Below are positions 17,307 through 24,249 of a stretch of 32,000 nucleotides of DNA, piece by piece (positions within the stretch are counted from its first letter, which is position 1; each line of letters begins with the position of its first letter). The notes under the pieces were generated by a model. The model was not told the origin of the DNA. It did no database searches and saw nothing but the letters and a program-made list of their open reading frames with translations. The position numbers and the translations under genes are program-made. The DNA lies in contig CAXXXY010000006.1 in assembly GCA_963667515.2 (NCBI GenBank), positions 80,531 to 112,530 of the forward strand. The letters run 5' to 3'. The stretch comes from Dehalococcoidia bacterium (GTDB lineage Bacteria; Chloroflexota; Dehalococcoidia; UBA2979).

Positions 17307-17307
17307 C

Positions 17308-18417
17308 CTACGGCGCGATGCGTGCGCCCGTGACCGAGGACTCGCGGATGGCGTCCAGCACGCGCTGCGTGGCCGCGCCGTCCTCGAAGGAGGGGGCGGG
17401 CGAGCCGCCCTCGCGGATGCCGCGCTCGAAGTCGCGGAGCAGGAGGCGGAACGCCATCAGCCGGTTGTCCCGCTCGTCCTCGAACGGCACGAGGTCGGCG
17501 GGCATCGGCAGCTGCTCCAGCCGCCGGTCGCTCCCCCGGCCGCCGAGCACGACGCCATCCGGCTCCGGGTTCGGGCCGCGCTGCACCGCCTCCAGCACGC
17601 CGCCCGCGCCCACGAGGTGGATGCGCGCGCCGGTCGCGGGCGCGGCGGCGGAGGTCGCCGTCATCGTCGCGAAGGCCCCGGACTCGAAGCCCAGCGTGAA
17701 GGCGAAGGTGTCGTCGGCGTCGGCGGTAGCGGCGGCGCCCGTGTCCGGGTCGCGGCGCTCCGGGCGCGCCACGGTGAGCCGGCCGCTGACCTCGCGCACG
17801 TCGCCGAACCAGTGGCGCAGCCCATCGACGTAGTGCGAGCCGAGCGCGCCCAGCAGCCCGCCACCCTCGGCGGAGCGCGAGCCCCAGGCCAGCGGCGGCG
17901 GCTCCGCAGGCGCTGCACGTCCGATCAGCAGCTCGATCGAGGCGAAGCGCGGCTCCCCCACGAAGCCCTCGTCCAGCAGCCGGCGGATGTGCGCGCGCTG
18001 CGGGGCGTGCCGGAACTCGTGGGCGACCATCGCGGTGGGGCCGGAGGCGCGCGCCGCCTCGGCCATCGCGCTCGCCTCGGCGGCGTCGAGCGCGAACGGC
18101 TTTTCGCACAGCACGTGCTTGCCGGCGGCGAGCGCGGCCAGCGCCATCTCGCGGTGCGGCGCGGGCGGCGTGGAGATGGCCACGGCGTCGAGGTCGTCGC
18201 GGGCCACCAGCTCGCGCCAGTCCTCGTGCGGCGCGGACACGCCCAGGCGCTCCGCGGCCTCGCGCGTGCGCTCGGGCGAGCGCCCCCAGATCGCCGGCAC
18301 CTCCCAGCCCTCCGAGAGGAAGGCGGGGACGTGGACGGTGGCGCCGAAGCCCACCCCGATCACCCCGACACGCAGAGCGCTCACGCGCGGCAGTCTACGC
18401 CCTCCCTCCCGCGCCAC
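17308..18417 (-). CDS. Gfo/Idh/MocA-family NAD(P)-dependent oxidoreductase
   Basis: 369 aa. Rossmann N-terminus '[19 protein letters not shown]', '[10 protein letters not shown]' motif. The start could be the internal GTG about 18384. Confidence 0.82.
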   Translation of the reverse strand: MAREGGRRLPRVSALRVGVIGVGFGATVHVPAFLSEGWEVPAIWGRSPERTREAAERLGVSAPHEDWRELVARDDLDAVAISTPPAPHREMALAALAAGKHVLCEKPFALDAAEASAMAEAARASGPTAMVAHEFRHAPQRAHIRRLLDEGFVGEPRFASIELLIGRAAPAEPPPLAWGSRSAEGGGLLGALGSHYVDGLRHWFGDVREVSGRLTVARPERRDPDTGAAATADADDTFAFTLGFESGAFATMTATSAAAPATGARIHLVGAGGVLEAVQRGPNPEPDGVVLGGRGSDRRLEQLPMPADLVPFEDERDNRLMAFRLLLRDFERGIREGGSPAPSFEDGAATQRVLDAIRESSVTGARIAP

Positions 18418-18504
18418 GCGGAGCCCGGCCGGCGCCGACTGCTACGCTGTGCCTTCGAGGCCCCGCGGGCCGGTCAACCAGGCGAGCGCGACGAGGAGGC
18501 AAGC

Positions 18505-18900
18505 GTGACACGCGAGATCGCGCGCGACGAGCAGGAGTGGCGGGAGCAGCTCTCGGCGGAGCAGTACCACGTGCTCCGCGAGCGCGGCACGGAGCCCCCC
18601 TTCAGCGGGCGCTTCGTTCGGGAGAAGACCGACGGCACCTACGCCTGCGCCGCCTGTGGCGCCGCGCTCTTCCGCTCCACGTCGAAGTACGACTCCGGCA
18701 CCGGCTGGCCCAGCTTCTGGGAGCCGGTCGACGAGGAGGCCCTCGAGACGGAGACGGACCAGAGCCTCGGGATGACACGCACGGAGGTCTCCTGCGGCCG
18801 CTGCGGCTCGCACCTGGGCCACGTCTTCCCCGACGGGCCCCAGCCCACCGGCCAGCGCTACTGCATCAACTCGCTCTCGCTGGAGCTCGAGGAGGAGTAG
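18505..18900 (+). CDS. msrB: Peptide-methionine (R)-S-oxide reductase
   Basis: GTG 18505 follows the RBS GAGGAGG. '[48 protein letters not shown]' is the MsrB (SelR) signature, with both CxxC pairs. Confidence 0.92.
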   Translation: MTREIARDEQEWREQLSAEQYHVLRERGTEPPFSGRFVREKTDGTYACAACGAALFRSTSKYDSGTGWPSFWEPVDEEALETETDQSLGMTRTEVSCGRCGSHLGHVFPDGPQPTGQRYCINSLSLELEEE

Positions 18901-18948
18901 CGGCGGCCGTCTCGGCGGGACGCCGAGGGGCGAGGGCGAGGGGGGGCG

Positions 18949-20715
18949 ATGGCGCAGGCGCCCGCGGACGGCCGGACGCTGGTGATGGCGATGGAGTCGA
19001 CCGAGGCGGCGCTCGACTGCGACCCGCCCGGGCGCAACGTCGGTAGCCAGCCCGCGCGGCCGTACCACCTCGCGTACCACGTCTTCGACGCGCTGACCGC
19101 GCCGACCATCGACACGCTGCCCGACGGCCGCCGCTACGCCGACTTCTCGCGCGTGGTCGGTCGCCTCGCCGCGTCCTTCGAGCCGCACGACGACGCCAGC
19201 CGCTGGGTGGTGACGCTGCGCGAGGGCGTGCGCAGCCACGCCGGCAACGAGCTGACCGCCGAGGACGTGGTATGGAGCTACGAGCGCATCCTGGCGTTCC
19301 GCGCGATCGGGATGTGGCGCGCCACGAACATCGCGGGGATCGCGCGCGAGGGCGGCGTGCGCGCGCTGGACCGGCGCCGCGTCGAGTTCCGCATCGACGG
19401 CCACAGCCCCAGCTTCCCGACCTTCCTGGGCTACGCGACCGCCGCCATCGTCGACTCCACCGAGGCGCAGCGGCACGCCACCGCCGACGACCCGTGGGCC
19501 TCGGCGTTCCTCGCCGACAACGCCTGCGGCTTCGGCGCCTTCACGATGACGCGGCGCGACGCGGAGCGGCTGGAGCTTCGGCCGCGCGCCGAGTTCTGGG
19601 CGGGCGCGCCGCCCGTCGACGGCGTCGCCTACGTGCCCGCGCCCACGCGCGAGCGCGGCCTCGAACTCTTCGAGCGGGGCGAGGCGAACGTCGTCGCCGG
19701 GCTCTACCCCGACGAGGCGCGGCGCGCCGAGCGCGTCCCCGGCGCGCGGCTGCTGCTGGGCCGCACCAACCACGCCACGATCGAGCTCGACCGCTCACGC
19801 CCGCCCTTCGAGCACCACGGCGTGCGCGAGGCGGTGCTGCGCTCCGTCCCCTACCAGCGCATCGTCGAGGAGGCGTACCTCGGCCTCGCCGAGGTGCAGC
19901 ACGGCATCTACCAGCCCAACACCCCGGGCTACGACGAGGATGGGTGGAGCCACGAGCCCGACCCCGCGCTGGCGCGGCAGCTCGTGGCAGATGCGGGGGC
20001 GGAAGGCGCTGCCGTCACCTTCGCCGTCTCCGAGGCAGAGGAGAGCACGCGCATCGGGGCGCTGGTCGCGGAGGCGCACGGCGAAGTCGGGCTGCACGTA
20101 CGCGTAGTGGCGATCCCCGAGCTCGCGGACGGCGAGGTGCCGGAGATGTACCTGCGTGGCGACTGCAGCCACGGCGTCGCCGACCGCCACTACGACCTCG
20201 GCATCGACTTCGCGGCGCCGCGCGGGATGCCGGGGCGGCTCTTCGAGGCCGTGCGCCTCACCTCGCAGATGCGGGCGATCCGCCACGCCCCCTCCGCGGA
20301 GCATCCCGCGATGTACCGCGAGCTCCAGCGCGAGCTGCTCGCCGACGCGGCCTGCGTGCCGCTCGCCGGGCACAGCTACGCCGTCGCCTACCGCGAGGGC
20401 CTGCACCCGTGGTTCCTGGGGCCGGAGTACCTGCCGATGTCGAGCCTGATGTGGTCGGCCGCGCGCTACGTCCTCCCGGCAGTCCGCTGCCCCACCAGAC
20501 CGCGCGCTAGATCACGCCCGGCCCGAGTGGGCACGTCCCGTCGTCGTGGCCGCCGAGGTGCCGCGCGGCGTCATCGCCGGACATCGGCAGCGCGGGGGCG
20601 GCGAAGGCGGCGTCCTGGCCCGCGGGCGGCATCGGCAGCAGGTCGAGCAGCAGGTCGCGCTCGATGTCGCTCTGGACGTCACTGCCGGGCGCGAACTCCT
20701 GCAGCACGGTCGTGA
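18949..20715 (+). CDS. Family-5 (peptide/nickel-type) solute-binding-protein homologue without signal peptide, paralogue 1; C-terminal tail probably out of frame
   Basis: ATG 18949 follows a G-rich RBS. SBP_bac_5-like '..WVVTLREGVRSHAGNELTAEDVVWSYERI..' throughout. After 'MWSAARYV' the ORF becomes Arg-rich and overlaps the convergent gene. A 1-nt shift near 20475-20480 would give '..LPGSPLPHQTAR*' ending at TAG 20508-20510. Confidence 0.75.
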   Translation: MAQAPADGRTLVMAMESTEAALDCDPPGRNVGSQPARPYHLAYHVFDALTAPTIDTLPDGRRYADFSRVVGRLAASFEPHDDASRWVVTLREGVRSHAGNELTAEDVVWSYERILAFRAIGMWRATNIAGIAREGGVRALDRRRVEFRIDGHSPSFPTFLGYATAAIVDSTEAQRHATADDPWASAFLADNACGFGAFTMTRRDAERLELRPRAEFWAGAPPVDGVAYVPAPTRERGLELFERGEANVVAGLYPDEARRAERVPGARLLLGRTNHATIELDRSRPPFEHHGVREAVLRSVPYQRIVEEAYLGLAEVQHGIYQPNTPGYDEDGWSHEPDPALARQLVADAGAEGAAVTFAVSEAEESTRIGALVAEAHGEVGLHVRVVAIPELADGEVPEMYLRGDCSHGVADRHYDLGIDFAAPRGMPGRLFEAVRLTSQMRAIRHAPSAEHPAMYRELQRELLADAACVPLAGHSYAVAYREGLHPWFLGPEYLPMSSLMWSAARYVLPAVRCPTRPRARSRPARVGTSRRRGRRGAARRHRRTSAARGRRRRRPGPRAASAAGRAAGRARCRSGRHCRARTPAARS

Positions 20716-20824
20716 CGGGCGCGGGCTCGTCGTCGAGCGCGCCCCCGCTCGCACCCCACGCGATGAGCGCCGCGGTCGCGACCACCGCCGAGGCGGTCAG
20801 CATCCCCCGCATCAGTCGAAGCAT
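20507..20824 (-). CDS. Hypothetical small protein with N-terminal signal/anchor helix
   Basis: 105 aa, 'MLRLMRGMLTASAVVATAALIAWGASG' followed by an acidic/Pro-rich region. Its TAG shares the CTAG palindrome (20507-20510) with the predicted stop of the convergent SBP gene. Confidence 0.45.
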   Translation of the reverse strand: MLRLMRGMLTASAVVATAALIAWGASGGALDDEPAPVTTVLQEFAPGSDVQSDIERDLLLDLLPMPPAGQDAAFAAPALPMSGDDAARHLGGHDDGTCPLGPGVI

Positions 20825-20921
20825 CCGGCTACCCTCCCGGCTCGCGAAAGCATACGTCGTGGAGCCGCTCAGCGGTTCTCGCCTCGCGACCTCGCCGCGC
20901 GACGGGGCGCCGCCGAGGGCG

Positions 20922-21466
20922 CTACGGCCCGCTCGACGGCGCGATCCCTGTGCGGTAGTTGGCCACGCGGTAGCGCTCCGGGTGCGCGAAGTCCGTCATC
21001 AGCACGATCTCCTCGAAGACATCGCTGAAGCCCTCAGCGCGCAGGCGGCGCGGGGTCATCGCCATGACGTAACGCTCGTAGTCCACCTCGAGGTTCGTGG
21101 GCTGCCCCCAGGCGCGCCCGCGCCGCTCGAGGAACTGCCGGATGCCGTCCGCGTCGCGCACCACCTCGACGTCGGCCTGCACCGTCACGTTGCGCGCGGC
21201 GCCGCCGCGCGGCCCGATCCCCTCGCCCGAGGTCTGCACCCACTGCATCGTCACGCGCGGGTTGTCGGCAAGGTGCCGCGACTTGAGGTCGCCCTCGCGC
21301 ACCGCCCGATGGTCCCGAGCCGCAGCCCGCTCTCGAAGCTCTCGACGAGGCAGCTCACCTGCCGCACGTAGGCGTCGCCGTAGCGGTTCACGGTGGTGAG
21401 GAAGCTCGTGACCCCCGGCTCGCGCGAGGAGATGAAGTCCCGGATCGCCGTCAGTCGCTCGTCCAT
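20922..21466 (-). pseudogene. Pyridoxamine-5'-phosphate-oxidase-like (PPOX/FMN-binding split-barrel) protein, frame-disrupted
   Basis: ATG 21466 (RBS GAAGGGGAG) gives 'MDERLTAIRDFISSREPGVTSFLTTVNRYGDAYVRQVSCLVESFESGLRLGTI'. The continuation 'AVREGDLKSRHLADNPRVTMQWVQ..VMAMTPRRLRAEGF' is in another frame, with the shift at the run 21305-21307. Confidence 0.65.
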
Positions 21467-21527
21467 CGCCGCTCCCCTTCGCCGGCACCCCGCTCGCGCG
21501 CCTCGCCGCCGTGCCCCGCGGCGCACC

Positions 21528-22382
21528 TTACGCGCTCTGCAGCCCATGCTCGCGCAGGAAGTCGAGCGTGACGCGCGCGAGCAGCTCCGGATTCTCGTTC
21601 GGAGTGAAGACGGCACGGCTCGGCACCAGCACCCCGCGACCGTCGGGCAGCGCCTCCACCACGCGCTCGTGCAGCGGGCGGATGCGGCTGTTGGTGCCGT
21701 GGATCACCAGCGCGGGCGACTGCACCAGCGGCAGCCGCTCCCAGATCGGGTAGCGGCAGATGGCGTGCGGCCCCGCCCCGCGCCAGCCCATGTGGCCGTA
21801 CGGGGAATCCGGCGCCGCCGCGTTGACGCGCAGCGTGTCGAGGTAGCGCTCGGCCGAGATGCGCAGGCTGGGGCTCGGGCCGAGCACGGCGAGGTCGGCC
21901 CACAGCTCGGGCAGGTGGCCGCCGTCCGCGCGCCGCGCACGGTAGAAGTGCCGGCCCTCGTGGAAGGCGCGGCCCTCGTCGTTGTTGTAGTCGTTGATCT
22001 CCTCGAGGATCAGCGCCGCCACGCGCTCCGGCCACTGCGCGGCGAGCTCGACGCCGACCACGGCGCCGGTGTGCGTCGCGAAGACGTTGGCGCGCTCCAG
22101 CTCCAGCGCCTCCATCGCCCACACCACCGCCTGCGAGAACTCGCGCACCGTCGAGTAGGGGACGGGCGGCCGGTCGGAGGCGCCGTAGCCGATGGTGCTC
22201 AACGCCATCGCGCGCACGCCCGCGCCCCCCGCGGCCGCGAGCTGCGGGAGCAAGTCGTCGTACATGGCGGCGGAGGTGGGCGTGGCATGCAGCAGGATCA
22301 GCGGGGCGCCCTGCCCCGCCTCCCGGCACTCCATGTAGCCGTGCGGCGTCTCCAGCAGCCGGCGGCGAATGCGCTCGACCAC
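21528..22382 (-). CDS. Alpha/beta-fold hydrolase family protein (atypical nucleophile elbow)
   Basis: 284 aa. 'PLILLHATPTSAAMY', 'GYGASDRP', 'VFATHTGAVVGVELAAQWPERVAALIL', 'ALVIHGTNS' follow the alpha/beta-hydrolase topology, but the G-x-S-x-G position reads A-T-H-T-G. Confidence 0.7.
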   Translation of the reverse strand: MVERIRRRLLETPHGYMECREAGQGAPLILLHATPTSAAMYDDLLPQLAAAGGAGVRAMALSTIGYGASDRPPVPYSTVREFSQAVVWAMEALELERANVFATHTGAVVGVELAAQWPERVAALILEEINDYNNDEGRAFHEGRHFYRARRADGGHLPELWADLAVLGPSPSLRISAERYLDTLRVNAAAPDSPYGHMGWRGAGPHAICRYPIWERLPLVQSPALVIHGTNSRIRPLHERVVEALPDGRGVLVPSRAVFTPNENPELLARVTLDFLREHGLQSA

Positions 22383-22392
22383 TTCGCTCCCT

Positions 22393-22647
22393 CAGCAACG
22401 TTCCGTTGCATCCCGGTGGCTGCAGCGAGCGTTCCGCTCGACCCTAGTGGCTGCCGCTCCTGCCCGAGGGTACGCGGGGCGCGTCGGTCGCCGCGACCTC
22501 GGCGGCGCGGCGTCGGCGGGCGCGCGGGCGGCGGGCGACTCGGAGGCCGCGCGCACGGCCGGCGCCTCGCCAGCCCTCTCGCAGGAGCGGCAGCCCCTCG
22601 AGTCGAGCGGAACGCTCGCTCGTCGAGTCGAGCGGAACGCTCGCTCG
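22393..22647. repeat. Dispersed inverted-repeat element, locus 4 (truncated arm + full inverted pair + 25-bp tandem duplication of the tip)
   Basis: Truncated reverse arm at 22393-22426 (hairpin GCAACG-TTC-CGTTGC). Reverse arm at 22427-22470 (GAGCG-TTC-CGCTC..GGCTGCCGCTCCTGC). Forward arm at 22574-22617 (..GAGCGGCAGCCCCTCGAGTCGAGCGGAACGCTC). 'TCGAGTCGAGCGGAACGCTCGCTCG' is duplicated at 22598-22622 and 22623-22647. Confidence 0.85.
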
Positions 22648-22689
22648 CGGTGGCATATGATGCGGCCGCAGCAGGGGGAGCTACCTAAC

Positions 22690-24237
22690 ATGGCGAGTGG
22701 TCCGTCTCCGAAGAACCTCGTGTGGCCGGTCGACCGGCGCGGCGGCATCCAGGCCGGGTGGGATCCCGACCAGCCGCACATGGGCGGGGCGGCGCAGCCC
22801 GCCCCGTACCACACGATTCACATCCCGTACGAGCCGCTGACGACGCCGAAGATCGAGTTCGACGCGGACGGCACGCGCTACCCGGTCGCGAGCGACCTCC
22901 AGGGCCGGCTGGCGGAGAGCTGGGAGTCCGCCGACGGCGATCGCACCTGGACGATCCGCGTGCGCCCGGGCGTGCTCAGCCACGCCGGCAACACGCTCTC
23001 CGCCAACGACGTCGTGTGGATGGTGCAGCGGGTCTTCGCGCTGCGTGGGGTGGGCATGTGGCGGCAGCGGCGCCTTGCCGGCATCAACGCCGCCGAGGAC
23101 GTCGAGGCCGTCGACGAGCGCACCGTACGCTTCCGGCTGCGCGGCGCGAACCCGCAGTTCCCGCAGTACTTCGTCTTCGCCTCCGGCAACGTCGTCGACT
23201 CCACCGAGGCGCGGCGGCACGCGACGAACGACGATCCGTGGGCCACGGCGTGGCTCTCGCAGAACGCGTGCGGCTTCGGCCAGTTCTCCGTCGAGCGGCA
23301 GACCGACGACGTGATCGAGTACGCGGCGCGCGACGAGCACTGGATGGGGCGCCCCGGCGTCGACTCGATCGTGCAGGTCGGCGTCGACAGCCGCGAGGAG
23401 GGGCTGCGCATGATGGACGCGGGCGACGCGAACATGGTGCTCGGCCTCTACCCGGAGGAGCTCGCGCGCTTCGCCGGGCGGCCCGAGTTCACGACGCGCA
23501 AGGTGCGCGCCAACCACTCGACGCTCGAGTTCAACTGGACCGAGGCGCCCTTCGACGACCAGAAGGTGCGGCAGGCGATCTGCTACGCGCTGCCCTACGA
23601 GCGCATCCTCAGCCAGGTCTACGGTGGCCACGCGCGGCCGAGCCACAGCCCGATCTGCTCCACCTCGCAGCTCCACACGCCCGAGTTCGACCCCTACGGC
23701 TACGACGTGGAGCGCGCGCGCGCGCTGATGAAGGAGGGCAGCCACGCGGACGGCTTCCAGACCGAGCTCTGGATCAAGCCAACGTACGAGTCGCTGCGCT
23801 TCGCGCACATCACGCAGCAGGCGCTGATCCCGCTGGGGATCGAGGTCGACGTCCGCCTCGACACGCAGCTCCCGTTCGGGACGAAGGTGCCGATGTGGTT
23901 CAAGGAGGAGTGCGGCCACGCGCTCTACGAGCCGATGTACGACGTGGCGCACGACTACGACCCGCCGATGGGGATGTGGGGCGGGAAGAACAACCTCGAC
24001 AAGGCGTGGACCACGCGCATCCGCGCCATCCGCGCCGCCGACTCGGCCGACCAGCCCGCGATGTACGGCGACATCCAGCGCGACCTGCTGGACTTCGCGC
24101 CGTGCGCGCACATCGCCGAGATCGACACCGGCTGGGTCTTCCGCGCCGACGTCGACCCGTGGGCGCTCGACCCGGCCTTCCTCGGCGCGACGACCACGGT
24201 GTGGTCGGCGCACCGCCAGATCATGCCCTCGTGGTAG
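22690..24237 (+). CDS. Family-5 solute-binding-protein homologue without signal peptide, paralogue 2
   Basis: 515 aa, ATG 22690 with RBS GGGGGAG. Colinear with the 18949 protein (e.g. 'WTIRVRPGVLSHAGNTLSANDVVWMVQRVFALRGVGMW', 'VDSTEARRHATNDDPWATAWLSQNACGFGQF'). The N-terminus 'MASGPSPKNLVWPVDRRGG' has no hydrophobic leader. Confidence 0.8.
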   Translation: MASGPSPKNLVWPVDRRGGIQAGWDPDQPHMGGAAQPAPYHTIHIPYEPLTTPKIEFDADGTRYPVASDLQGRLAESWESADGDRTWTIRVRPGVLSHAGNTLSANDVVWMVQRVFALRGVGMWRQRRLAGINAAEDVEAVDERTVRFRLRGANPQFPQYFVFASGNVVDSTEARRHATNDDPWATAWLSQNACGFGQFSVERQTDDVIEYAARDEHWMGRPGVDSIVQVGVDSREEGLRMMDAGDANMVLGLYPEELARFAGRPEFTTRKVRANHSTLEFNWTEAPFDDQKVRQAICYALPYERILSQVYGGHARPSHSPICSTSQLHTPEFDPYGYDVERARALMKEGSHADGFQTELWIKPTYESLRFAHITQQALIPLGIEVDVRLDTQLPFGTKVPMWFKEECGHALYEPMYDVAHDYDPPMGMWGGKNNLDKAWTTRIRAIRAADSADQPAMYGDIQRDLLDFAPCAHIAEIDTGWVFRADVDPWALDPAFLGATTTVWSAHRQIMPSW

Positions 24238-24249
24238 CCATGGACTAGG

